DNA of 64,000 bases from NCBI GenBank assembly GCA_963790205.1, contig CAWBNQ010000008.1, positions 128,001 through 192,000 on the forward strand, in the 5' to 3' direction. The notes beneath the pieces are model-generated. The model had not been told where the DNA came from. It did no database searches and saw only the letters and a program-made list of their open reading frames with translations. This document shows positions 8,960 to 18,942 of this stretch, piece after piece. How positions within the stretch are numbered: the stretch's first letter is position 1; each line of letters begins with the position of its first letter. The translations under genes and the position numbers were made by a program. The stretch is from Nitrospirota bacterium (GTDB taxonomy: Bacteria; Nitrospirota; UBA9217).

Positions 8960-9012
8960 TTTTAACCAGCGCGTTGTTAGGGTCCGCTACGCGCCCCATG
9001 CGTGCGTGAATG
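8960..9012 (+). other. attC-like site 4 (degenerate)
   Basis: TTTTAAC-CAGCGCGTTGTTAGGGTCCGCTACGCGCCCCATGCGTGC-GTG; shares AACCAGCGCGT with site 2. Confidence 0.5.
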
Positions 9013-9153
9013 GTGCTATGGAAGATAAACGTTACATAACCGCTAACGGGCGTGATTAAGGATTGACTGCCCTGATTCTGCGTCCGCCTGTAAAAACAAC
9101 TAGACCTCTCTGGCATAAAAATGATAAAATATTCAGCAGTGGAGGATATAACT

Positions 9154-9357
9154 ATGGGCAACAAAGTTAAAACATTGGAGAAAGAGGTTCGGGAACTGTC
9201 GCGCGATGAACTTTCGATTTTTCGTGATTGGTTCGTCAAGTTCGATGCAGATGGATGGGATCGTCAGATAGAATCCGACATTGAGGCCGGCAAGCTTGAC
9301 AAATTGGCGGCAAAGGCGCTGTCCCAACACAAACGAGGGGAGAGCCGCGACCTTTGA
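9154..9357 (+). CDS. Putative antitoxin
   Basis: GGAGG RBS; LSRDELSIFRDWF...WDRQIESDIEAGKLDKLA; overlaps the toxin start. Confidence 0.75.
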   Translation: MGNKVKTLEKEVRELSRDELSIFRDWFVKFDADGWDRQIESDIEAGKLDKLAAKALSQHKRGESRDL

Positions 9358-9608
9358 AGCACTTTGCGTCTCTGGATTTTTGGACATGTTTCAAAAATCT
9401 CCCCGACGCTGTACAGGAGTTGGCTCGTAGAGACTATGAGCTTCTGAAAGAAAATCCTTATCATCCTTCCCTCCATTTCAAAAAAATTAAAACGTATAGC
9501 TCAGTTCGTATTGGCCTCCATTACCGCGCACTGGGGATCGAAGTCCCAGATGGCATCCTCTGGTTTTGGATCGGCAAGCACTCGGATTATGATAAACTTC
9601 TGAGTTAA
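9354..9608 (+). CDS. RelE/ParE-superfamily toxin
   Basis: FWTCFKNLP...LLKENPYHPSLHFKKI...SVRIGLHYRALG...WFWIGKHSDYDKL. Confidence 0.85.
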   Translation: MKHFASLDFWTCFKNLPDAVQELARRDYELLKENPYHPSLHFKKIKTYSSVRIGLHYRALGIEVPDGILWFWIGKHSDYDKLLS

Positions 9609-9661
9609 CTTGTCAATCGAGAACGACGCGAAAAGCCACGCATCTCACTTCCGCGTTCCCA
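9603..9661 (+). other. attC-like site 5
   Basis: AGTTAAC (contains the toxin stop TAA)-TTGTCAATCGAGAACGACGCG-AAAAGCCACGCATCTCACTTCCGC-GTTCCCA. Confidence 0.65.
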
Positions 9662-9676
9662 TCGCTTTAAATGTGT

Positions 9677-11824
9677 CTAATCCTTCGCCAGCGAAAAATC
9701 GATCCGCTTCCTGCACCGTATCGACGCGGTCCACGCGCACCCGTATGGCATCGCCGATGCGGTATACGCATTTGCGGCGCTCCCCGCGGAGGCAGTGCAG
9801 TTTCTCGACATAATGGTAGTAATCATCGGTGAGCGTGGAGACGTGCACCAGCCCCTCGACGAAGAGCTCGCGGAGCTGCACGAACAACCCGAACTGCGTT
9901 ACGCCGGTGACGATGCCGTCGTAGACCTCGCCGAGCTTGTCCTTCATATACTCGAGCTTGAGCATGGTGATCACGTCCCGTTCCGCTTCCATGGCGGTCC
10001 GTTCGCGGACCGAGCAGTGCGCGGCCGCCTCCGGCAGGGTCTCGGCCAGGTGCGTTGTGTAGGCCGCGTCCTTGAGCTTTCCCTGCAGGTCCGCTTTCAG
10101 GATCCGGTGCACGATGAGGTCCGGGTAGCGGCGGATGGGCGAGGTGAAGTGCGTGTAGGTGTCGGCCGCGAGGCCGAAGTGGCCGACGTTCTCGGCCGAG
10201 TACCGGGCCTGTTTCATGGTGCGGAGCAGGACCGTGTTGATCAGGGTCTCCTCCGGCGTGCCCTTGGCCTTGGCCAGGGCCTTCTGCAAATGCAGCGGCT
10301 TGAGCTTTTTCACCGCCGGCAGGCGTGATGCCGAGGGTGGCCAGGAACTCGATGAGGTCCGCCAGCTTTTCCTCGGCCGGCTCTTCATGGATACGGTAAA
10401 TGAAGGGCGCTTCCTTCTTCTCGATGTGTCCGGCCACGGTCTCGTTCGCCGCGAGCATGAATTCTTCGACGATCTGGTGCGCCATGTTCCGTTCGGCCCT
10501 GATGATCTCGGTCATGCGGCCCTGGAGGTCGAGCACGATCTGCGGCTCGGGCAGGTCGAAGTCGATGCTTCCCCGCTTGGACCTCTTGGAACGCAGGACC
10601 TCCATGAGCTCCGCCATGAGCTCGAATTCCGGGAGGAGCGCGGCGTAGCGCTTCCGCTGCAGGGGGTCCTTGTCCGCGAGGATCTCGCGCACGGCCGTAT
10701 AGGTCATGCGCTCGTTGCTGTTGATGACACTTTCGTAGATATCGTACTTCAGGATATCGCCCGCGGGCGAGATGTCCATCTCGCAGGTGAGCGTGAGCCG
10801 GTCTACGTTCGGGTTCAAACTGCAGATGCCGTTCGAGAGCGCGGGGGGCAGCATGGGGATGGCCCGGTCCGGGAGGTATACGCTCGTGCCGCGCTGGTAG
10901 GCCTCTTCGTTGAGATACGAGCCCTCTTTCACGTAGTGGGCCACATCGGCGATATGCACCCAGAGCCGGAATCCCGCCCTGGTCTTTTCGATGGAGATGG
11001 CGTCGTCGAAGTCACGCGCTGTCTCGCCGTCGATCGTGACCGTGGGCTGCTCCCTGAGGTCGTGCCGACCCTTGTGCATCGTTGTCGTGACCTGTTGCGG
11101 GATCTCGCCGGCCTCGCGGAGCGTGGCAAGGGAGAACTGCGACCGGGAGCTCATACTGTTCGATAATGAGCTCGGAATCGATGCCCGGCTGGCCGGGCCG
11201 TCCGATGACCCTGATGATCCTGCCTTCCGGCGGCCTGCCCCGCAGGGGGTAGGCGATGATCTCGGCGGAGACGATGTCGCCCGGCTTCGCGTTGTTGACG
11301 TTCTCCCTGCTGATGAGAACGTCCTGCGTGATCCGCGGGTTCGACGACGTTACGAACCCGATGGAAGTTGTTTGTGCATCCGGAAGCTCATAGGTCCCGA
11401 CAACCCTTGTGTGCGCCCGTTCGAGGATGCGGATGATCACGCCCTCGCGTTTGCCCTCGGTCTTTTTCCGGCCCACGGGCGGCGATACGCGGGCCACGAC
11501 CTTGTCGCCGTCCATGGCATCGAGCCTGCCCCGCGCCGGGATGTAGACGTCCGGCGTCCCTTTTTTCTCCGGGAGCACGAACCCGAAGCCCGACGGATGG
11601 GCCTGGAAGATGCCGGTCTCAAGGTCCATCTTTTCGGGCAGCCCGTAGCGGTTGCCCCGCGTTTTGATGATGTCGCCGCTCTGGACCAGCTCGTTCAACG
11701 CGTGCTTGAGGTCGTGACGGTCATCGGTCTTGAGCCTGAGCAGGCGCATGAGCTCGCGCACGAGCATGGGCTTGCCGGTCCTGGTCCTGATAATTTCAAG
11801 GAGTTGTTTGTGGGTGTAGTTCAT
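9677..11824 (-). CDS. rnr: Ribonuclease R, split by three apparent +1 frameshifts (~11143, ~10323, ~9713)
   Basis: HTH and cold-shock domains (HPSGFGFV, AMDGDKV); RNB motifs TIDGETARDFDDA, HIADVAHYV, GHFGLA..YTHFTSPIRRYPDL; S1 domain ending RKRIDFSLAKD* in the shifted frame. Confidence 0.93.
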
Positions 11825-11827
11825 AAC

Positions 11828-11918
11828 AATTCAGTAGACAGTAAACAGGATGCGGTAAGCAGGGGAGGCCCTTTCTCCTGCCTGCTCCCTGTTTTTCGCA
11901 GTCGACTGTTTGCTGATT
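11828..11918. repeat. Intergenic inverted element with 7-bp periodic arms (CAGNNNR)
   Basis: Left arm CAGTAGA CAGTAAA CAGGATG CGGTAAG CAGGGGA; the right arm is made of reverse-complementary units (CTGCCTGCTCCCTG...GACTGTTTGCTG). Confidence 0.6.
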
Positions 11919-12313
11919 CAGATTCTCAGCAGTTTTCCTTTCGCTTCGGCGATTATAACCAGTCCTTTTTCAATGACAGCCTCTGCTTCTATCAACCTGT
12001 GCGTTTCGCGCTTAAGCCTGCCGGAGATGCTGAGCTCCTCGCCGGGAGCGGCAGGGTACCTGAATTTTACCGTCATCTCGGCGGTGACGGCGGGTATGCC
12101 GAGGCTATAGGCCAGCTTGGCCATGGCCTCGTCGAGCAGGGCGGAGAGGATGCCGCCGTGGACGATCCCTTCGTAGCCCTGGTGCGAAGGCAGCGGAGTG
12201 AACCGGGCGCGTATGGAGCGCGCGTCCCTGTTTACCTCGAAAGCAACGCCGAGGCCGACCGGGTTCTCTTTGCCGCATACGTAACAACGCTGGTTGTCGC
12301 GGAGTTCTTTCAT
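11918..12313 (-). CDS. PaaI-family thioesterase
   Basis: CYVCGKENPVGL and HQGYEGIVHGGILSALLDEAM (hot-dog fold motif). Confidence 0.9.
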   Translation of the reverse strand: MKELRDNQRCYVCGKENPVGLGVAFEVNRDARSIRARFTPLPSHQGYEGIVHGGILSALLDEAMAKLAYSLGIPAVTAEMTVKFRYPAAPGEELSISGRLKRETHRLIEAEAVIEKGLVIIAEAKGKLLRI

Positions 12314-12337
12314 ACATACGGGTCGGAACATAAGACG

Positions 12338-12504
12338 GCCGCGAAGTCGCCAAGGCACGAAGATATCTGCAAATGCTTATTGGTGAAAAGGTTGCCTTGT
12401 TTTGTTCATGATGACAAAGTTCAGGCTCAACGTTTTCCTTCGTGCCTTTGCCTGCGCCCAGCGTTTACGAGTGGAACCGCGAGTGCAAGGTGCGTCTTCG
12501 TGGC
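12338..12504. repeat. Inverted element whose right arm is interrupted by a 40-bp insert
   Basis: Left arm GCCGCGAAGTCGCCAAGGCACGAAG; right arm CTTCGTGCCTTTG[insert 12451-12490]TGCGTCTTCGTGGC. Confidence 0.7.
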
Positions 12505-12552
12505 AAGAATGCGTGCTTGTACATCCCAATACTTGCCAGTATAATATAAAAA

Positions 12553-15500
12553 ATGTCATTTGACAATTATATAACGCTCACCCCGGAACAATTGCAGCAT
12601 CTCGGGGTTGAGGACCACGCGCAGGCGGAAAAAAACCTGGAGCTTCTGCGGAGCGCGCTGGGAGCGGATGGTTTCACGGAGCTTTTACCGGGCCTGCTTG
12701 CCGCTTGTTCTGGCGCCGCGGACCCCGACATGGCACTAACCAATTGCGAGCGTTTTGTGAGCGCGCTGGGCGATGTCCCTTCATTCCTCTCGCTTTCCAG
12801 GACGAAACCTGACATTCTCCTTTCCCTTATTACGGTCTTCGGCGCAAGCCGGTTCCTTTCTGCCTTCCTTGTTATCATCTGCCGATGAAAGCTTGTCGCT
12901 GCTGACCGACCCCGAGTTCCTCGCTTACCGGAACGGCAAAGAGCCCCTCCTGGAAAGGTTCTCCGCTCTGATGGGGAGCAAAAGCGATGATAAGAGCTTT
13001 TTCGGCATCCTGAGACTCTTCCGCAAGCAGGAGATGCTTCGGATCGGGCTGCGGGATCTGCTCGGCAAGGCAGACCTCCGGGAAACGGTGTCGGACCTGT
13101 CGGACCTTGCCGAGGTTTGTCTGCAAAAAGCCTATGAATGGGCGGAGGCCGGGCTCCGGTCGCGGTACGGACAGCCGCTGATCGAGAGGCCTGACGGCAC
13201 GCAGATCCCCGCCGGGTTCGCGGTCATTGCCATGGGCAAACTGGGCGGGCGGGAGCTGAACTTCAGTTCCGACGTGGACCTCATGTACGCCTACACCGCG
13301 GACGGCGAGACCGAGGGAGTGCCATCCGCAGACGGGATTGTGACGAACAGGATCACGAACCACCAGTATTTCATCAAACTTTCAGAGAAGTTGAGCGCGG
13401 CCATCGGCGAGAAGACCGAAGACGGTTTCGTGTTCCGTGTGGACCTCCGCTTGAGGCCCGAGGGACAGCAGGGCCCGCTCGCACAGAGCCTTGGCGGCTA
13501 CGAGCTCTATTACGAATCCTGGGGCCAGACGTGGGAGCGGTCGGCCCTTATCAAGGCCCGGCCCGTGGCGGGCGACGGGGCCGTGGGCAGGGAGTTCATG
13601 GAACGGATCGCCCCCTTCGTATACCGGAAGTATCTTGACTACGGCGCTATTGCCGAGATCGGCGATATGAAACAGAAGATCAACAAGGACGTGGAGCAAA
13701 GAGGGAAAACGCACCGCGACGTGAAGCTCGGCTACGGCGGCATCCGCGAGATCGAGTTCGTTATCCAGGCGCTCCAGCTCATCTACGCGGGACGGGACCG
13801 GTCCCTGCGCGAAAAAAACGCGCTCAGAGCGCTGCATATTCTTTCCCAAAAAGGATTGATCACGTACCAGGAGCACGCCGAGCTTTCGAAGGCCTACATC
13901 TTTCTCAGGACCGTCGAGCACCGCATTCAGATCCTGGACGACCTCCAAACCCAGATAATTCCGTCGGACGAGCGGGAGCAGCGTACGCTTGCCCGGCGCA
14001 CGGGATACCTGGAACGCGGGAAGGAAGCGGAAGCGCTGCTGCGCGATTATGCCGGGCACACCCGGAAGGTAAGAAGCATCTATGACGAGTTGTTCGCATT
14101 CTCGGGAGAAGAGAGGGTATCGGAAAAGGTTGACGATGGCTACGGTCTGCTGCTCGATCCAGAAACTTCTGAACAGGACGCGGTCGTCTCGCTCAAGAGC
14201 TTTGGGTTCCGCGATCCGGAAAAGGCATACCGCAACCTGCTCCTGCTTCGGGAAGGAGCGGCCTTTGTTCACCAGACACCGAGGAGCCGAAAGCTGTTCA
14301 ATGAGATTTTTCCATCGCTCTTCCGCGAGCTCGTCGTTTCACCCGATCCGGACATGGCGCTCAATCATCTTGAATCTTTCCTTGCGGCCCAGGGCTCCTG
14401 GGAGACCTTTCAAGCGTTGCTGAAGCTCGACACCTCGGCCGGCAAGGTACTGGTTGCTGTTTTCGCCAACAGTGAGTATCTTTCGCGCATGCTCGTGGGA
14501 AGGCCCGCGCTTCTCCAAAACCTGCTCGAATCGAGGAAGGCCTACGGCGTTGGAACATACGCCTTGTTTACAAAAGAGCTGGCCGAGGCGCTTGACCGGG
14601 CATCGGGCATATCGGAAAAACTGGACGCCCTCCGCCGGTTTAAACACCAGGAAGAGGTCCGGATCGGCATGGCGGACTTGTTGTCCAACCTGAAGCTGAC
14701 AGCGGTGTCCCGGGACCTGTCAAAGCTTGCGGAGGTCTGCCTTGAGGCAGCGCTGAGGCTTGCCAATTCCGAGACCGGGAGACGGTACGGCATACATGGT
14801 CCTCTCTCCGGCCTTGCGGTCATAGGAGCGGGCAAACTCGGCGGCAGGGAACTTTCCTACGGATCGGACCTCGATATTCTCTTTGTCTTCAAGGAAGACC
14901 TCGCCCCGCCGCCCCCGCCGGGACTGACCGTGTTCGAGTACTTCAGCAAGATAGCCGAGAAGACCATTTCATACCTTTCCGCGCTCACCCGTGAAGGTTT
15001 CGCCTTTCGGATGGACACGAGACTCAGGCCCACCGGATCGAAGGGGCCGCTTGTGCAGAGCATCAATGCGTTCAAAGGTTACTATTTCACTCAGGCGGAG
15101 ACGTGGGAGCGCCAGGCTTTGCTCAGGGCGCGGCCTGTGGCCGGAGACCCCGCCGTGGGAGCGGATTTTTGCAGCGCGATCCAGGACCTTATCTATCGGG
15201 ACGCGGACAAGGAGTCCCTGGCCGACGATATCCGCGCCATGCGCAGAAGGATGGAGGAAGAGGTTGGAAAAGAGAGCGGGAAAAATTACAACATCAAGCA
15301 AGGCGTGGGCGGGCTTGTGGACATCGAGTTTCTTGTCCAGTATCTGCAGCTGCTTCACGGAAAGAAACACCGCTGGATACGGGTGCCGGGAACGTATAAT
15401 GCGCTGAGAGCACTCGGCAGGGAGCGCCTGCTGAGCAAGGAAGGCTGCCGCGTCCTTATGGACTCCTACCTGTTCCTGCGTCAACTGGAGAGCAGGATGA

Positions 15501-15679
15501 GAATTGTCTCCAACCAGGCCACGAGCGAACTAAACAGGGATCCCGCGAAGCTGTGGTCTCTCGCCCGACGAATGGGATATTCCGATACCGACCTCCCGGC
15601 AGGGCAAAAGCTCCTTCACGATTATGAAGGCTTGAGCAGGCGCGTCAGGGAAATGTTTGAACGGGTCCTTGGATGCTAG
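12553..15679 (+). CDS. glnE: Glutamine synthetase adenylyltransferase/deadenylase GlnE (apparent +1 frameshift at ~12871)
   Basis: Two nucleotidyltransferase domains: MGKLGGRELNFSSDVDL...RVDLRLRPEG and GKLGGRELSYGSDLD...DTRLRPTG. The N-terminal ADPDMAL segment lies in the upstream ORF 12553-12888. Confidence 0.95.
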
Positions 15680-15880
15680 CAGGTTGCCGAAAAAGTATTT
15701 TAGCTGTCTTTACGAGCGGTCCCTCACCATCATCGCGAGCGTAGCGAAACAATCTCTCTTTTGCAGTTCGGGATAAACTCCGCAATCTCGGTTTTAAAGA
15801 AATCGATAACTTCGGGCTTGCCGCGTCGCGAATATCGCTCTTCGCAATGATATTTCGAGAGTTTCTCGGCATCCTGCCAG
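15676..15880. mobile_element. MITE-like element with 17-bp terminal inverted repeats and a nested palindrome
   Basis: CTAG|CAGGTTGCCGAAAAAGT ... AGTTTCTCGGCATCCTG|CCAG (14/17 match). Internal palindrome ATCATCGCGAGCGTAGCGAAACAATCTC ... TTGCCGCGTCGCGAATATCGCTCTTCGCAATGAT. Confidence 0.6.
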
Positions 15881-15898
15881 GGAACTCAAATATTTTCC

Positions 15899-15970
15899 TT
15901 GACAACATCTCGGTCATTATAATAATATTACAACTGTACAGAATTGAAACGTCATATTTGCATTATGCAA
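15899..15970 (+). promoter_or_regulatory. Sigma70-like promoter with a downstream 13-bp palindrome TTGCATTATGCAA
   Basis: TTGACA at 15899, AT-rich -10 region, palindrome at 15958-15970 upstream of the TauE gene. Confidence 0.45.
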
Positions 15971-16037
15971 TAGTAAGTTATGAATTGCGCCGCTTTGGTG
16001 GATTTCTCAATTTGATTAAGGGAGGAAGGGTAATAAG

Positions 16038-17063
16038 ATGGTACACCGTTATTCGAGTGTAATTCTGCTGTTGTTTCTTGCGATGGCGCTTCTCGCGGGT
16101 AATGCGGCGTATGCGTCGCCTGATGCGCACGAGGCGGCCCTGGCAATCGCGGAGCCGGCAACTGAACAGGGCGATACGCATGCGTCTGTCGCGGCCTCCG
16201 CAGCACCGGCGTCGACTGCGCCTTGGTGGATTTGGCCGCTGTCCCTGCTGATCGTCACGTTCATCCTCGGCATTCTCGCGGTGCTGGGCGGCGTGGGCGG
16301 GGGTGTGTTGTTCGTGCCGATCGTGGGCGGATTTTTCCCGTTCCATCTCGATTTTGTGAGGGGCGCGGGACTGCTCGTGGCTCTGTCGGGCGCCCTGGCC
16401 GCGGGCCCCGGCCTCCTCAAGCGGAACCTGGCAAGCTTGCGGCTTTCGCTGCCCGTGGCTCTTATCGCGTCGGCGGCGGCCATCGGAGGGGCCATAATCG
16501 GCCTGGCGCTTCCGACGAACGTCATCCAGACGCTTCTCGGCGCGACGATCCTGTTCATTGTGCTCATCATGGCCATAGCGAAGAAGTCCGATTTTCCCGT
16601 GGTGCCGAAGCCGGACAGCCTGTCCCAGAGCCTGGGCATCATGGGCATCTACCGGGAAGAGTCGCTCGGCAAGGACGTTGAGTGGAACGTTCACAAGACG
16701 CCGTTGGGCTTGGCGCTTTTCATCGTGATCGGCATCATGGCCGGTATGTTCGGCTTGGGCGCGGGCTGGGCGAACGTGCCCGTGCTGAACCTCATGATGG
16801 GCGCCCCGCTCAAAGTATCGGTGGCCACGAGCAAGTTCCTGCTTTCCATCACCGACACATCGGCGGCGTGGGTGTACCTGAACCAAGGCGCGGTGCTCCC
16901 CATGATCGTGGTCCCTTCGATCGTCGGTATCATGATGGGTTCCATCGTGGGCGTCAAGATACTCGCCAAGGCGAAACCAAAGGCCATCAAGTGGATGGTT
17001 ATCGGCCTGCTGCTGTTTGCGGGCCTTCGGGCCTTGCTCAAGGGGCTCGGAATCTGGCCATAG
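16038..17063 (+). CDS. TauE/SafE (TSUP) family exporter
   Basis: Multi-TM protein with the repeated motifs GGVGGGVLFVP and GMFGLGAGWANVP. Confidence 0.9.
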   Translation: MVHRYSSVILLLFLAMALLAGNAAYASPDAHEAALAIAEPATEQGDTHASVAASAAPASTAPWWIWPLSLLIVTFILGILAVLGGVGGGVLFVPIVGGFFPFHLDFVRGAGLLVALSGALAAGPGLLKRNLASLRLSLPVALIASAAAIGGAIIGLALPTNVIQTLLGATILFIVLIMAIAKKSDFPVVPKPDSLSQSLGIMGIYREESLGKDVEWNVHKTPLGLALFIVIGIMAGMFGLGAGWANVPVLNLMMGAPLKVSVATSKFLLSITDTSAAWVYLNQGAVLPMIVVPSIVGIMMGSIVGVKILAKAKPKAIKWMVIGLLLFAGLRALLKGLGIWP

Positions 17064-17072
17064 GAGGGGAAC

Positions 17073-17555
17073 ATGTCAATCGATAGAGTCAAAGCAGTCG
17101 CTCTTAAGGCGGGTCTGGAAATGGAGGGGAAAACGATGGCGGTCGAACGGACCAAGGCATCGGAAGAACAATTCGCCTATGCGGGCGTGCTCAATATCGG
17201 AATGTGGCTGGGGCTTGCCATCCTCGTGGTCACGTTCTTTGTCTATATATCAGGAGCGCTCTCCTGCCACGTTCCCATAGACGATCTGCCCCAATACTGG
17301 AGCAAATCGTCGAAGGAATTCATTCATTCCTGTAATGCGCCGACAGGGTGGGGGTGGACCATGCTGGTGGGGAAGGGCGATTATCTCAATTTTATCGGCG
17401 TTGCGATCCTGGCGGGGCTCACCATTCTTTGTTACCTCGTGATACTGCCGATCCTGATCCGGAAAAAGGACACGCCGTATGTCGTCATCGCCATTCTCGA
17501 GATCGCCGTGCTGGCGCTCGCGGCGAGCGGCATCATGAAAGTCGGCGGACATTAA
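17073..17555 (+). CDS. DUF1634-like membrane protein (TauE partner)
   Basis: Three TM segments, PTGWGW and GDYLNFIGVAILAG; co-oriented directly after the TauE gene. Confidence 0.75.
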   Translation: MSIDRVKAVALKAGLEMEGKTMAVERTKASEEQFAYAGVLNIGMWLGLAILVVTFFVYISGALSCHVPIDDLPQYWSKSSKEFIHSCNAPTGWGWTMLVGKGDYLNFIGVAILAGLTILCYLVILPILIRKKDTPYVVIAILEIAVLALAASGIMKVGGH

Positions 17556-17591
17556 TCACATTCGGAACAGCCTCTGATAAAATACTATCGC

Positions 17592-17617
17592 AGGGCGGTT
17601 GAAAAGCCGCCCTTTTT
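17592..17617 (+). terminator. Rho-independent terminator
   Basis: AGGGCGG-TTGAAAAG-CCGCCCT-TTTT. Confidence 0.75.
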
Positions 17618-17688
17618 GTTTGACATCCTTTCCGACCACTGTTACCATGACGGTCATATTGTTGTTCCTGTCTTAACACGGTTCGATC

Positions 17689-18837
17689 ATGAAAGAGCGT
17701 TTCAACCTGCTTCGCGAATTTTCCGTCCCGCTTCTGCTCGGGGTCGTCACCGCGCTTGCCTGGGTGAACCGAGCACCGGACAGCTACCGCCATTTTCTGC
17801 ACGATCATTTCCTCGGCCCTGCCAGTCTTCACTTTCTGACAAACGATATCTTCATGGTCTTCTTCTTCGGGATCGCCACGGTCGAGATAACGCAGAGCCT
17901 TCTGCCCGGAGGGGATCTTCATCCTGTCAAAAAGTCGGTGAACCCACTCCTTGCCACCCTCGGGGGGGTGGTCGGCCCTGCAGTCGTCTATCTCGCGTTC
18001 AATCATTTCATCGGTGCCGCCGAACTACGCAGGGGATGGGGGATCCCGACGGCCACGGACATTGCCTTCGCATGGCTTATTGCCCGAATGGTATTCGGGA
18101 GCAATCATCCGGCCGTTTCATTCCTGGTACTGCTCGCAGTGGCCGATGACGGGATCGGACTCGCCATCATCGCCATATTCTATCCGGACCCGCTCCTGCC
18201 GGTAAAGCCGCTCTGGCTGCTTTTGATCCTTGCGGGAATGGCAGCGGCATTTCTTGCACGCAGGAATCACGTGAAATCATACTGGCCTTATGTTCTCGCC
18301 GGCGGCGGCCTTTCCTGGGCCGGGCTCTCTAACGCACACCTGCACCCCGCGCTTGCTCTTGCCTTCATTGTGCCGTTCATGCCTCACCGCTCATTCGAGG
18401 AAAAACACATGTTCGAGGAGGACATCTCCGACCGTTCAACCATCGCGCAGTTCGAGCACGAGTGGAAGATCATCGTGGATTTCGGCTTGTTCATGTTCGG
18501 ACTGGCGAACGCGGGGGTTGAATTCTCCAGCGTGGGAACGGCGACGTGGCTGGTCCTGGCTGCTCTCTTGATGGGAAAAACCGCCGGCATATTCTCTCTC
18601 GGCTATCTTGCAAATCGACTGGGGTTCCCTCTGCCTCACGGGATGCGGAAGAAGGAACTGCTGGTTGTCGGCATCATCGCGGGCTTCGGCTTTACCGTCG
18701 CGCTCTTCGTCGCCGGAGAAGCGTTCATCGACCCGGCGGACCAGGGCGCGGCGAAGATGGGCGCCATGCTGAGCTGCGGTTCGGCCGTGATCGCCGTGAT
18801 CGCGGCCAGACTCCTTAAGATCAGGAGAGTTGCCTGA
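17689..18837 (+). CDS. nhaA: Na+/H+ antiporter NhaA
   Basis: NDIFMVFFF, GWGIPTATDIAFA, LAVADD, GLANAGV, GKTAGI and GFGFTVALFV motifs. Confidence 0.93.
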   Translation: MKERFNLLREFSVPLLLGVVTALAWVNRAPDSYRHFLHDHFLGPASLHFLTNDIFMVFFFGIATVEITQSLLPGGDLHPVKKSVNPLLATLGGVVGPAVVYLAFNHFIGAAELRRGWGIPTATDIAFAWLIARMVFGSNHPAVSFLVLLAVADDGIGLAIIAIFYPDPLLPVKPLWLLLILAGMAAAFLARRNHVKSYWPYVLAGGGLSWAGLSNAHLHPALALAFIVPFMPHRSFEEKHMFEEDISDRSTIAQFEHEWKIIVDFGLFMFGLANAGVEFSSVGTATWLVLAALLMGKTAGIFSLGYLANRLGFPLPHGMRKKELLVVGIIAGFGFTVALFVAGEAFIDPADQGAAKMGAMLSCGSAVIAVIAARLLKIRRVA

Positions 18838-18942
18838 TACCGATGTCCGTCAGTTTCGATGCTTCGGAAGGCGAGGTTCCGTTTCTTCCGATGTATTTCT
18901 GCCGCATATTTCGGTGGTTGAACGGTTCTGGGGGGACAAATC

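Larger units (their letters stand above)
5012..9661 (+). mobile_element. Integron gene-cassette array lacking an integrase (CALIN)
   Basis: Five attC-like palindromes, co-oriented AT-richer ORFs, complementary R'/R'' cores across cassettes and a terminal TA module. No tyrosine recombinase ORF in the window. Confidence 0.8.

Noticed and set aside
10991..12544. Long shadow ORFs (517 aa here; also 48973-50367, 27954-29231, 21389-22402 and others)
   Set aside because: These are antisense or alternative-frame shadows of well-supported GC-rich genes.
17556..17688. nhaA-associated riboswitch
   Set aside because: The region is explained by a terminator plus a TTGACA promoter, leaving little leader sequence.
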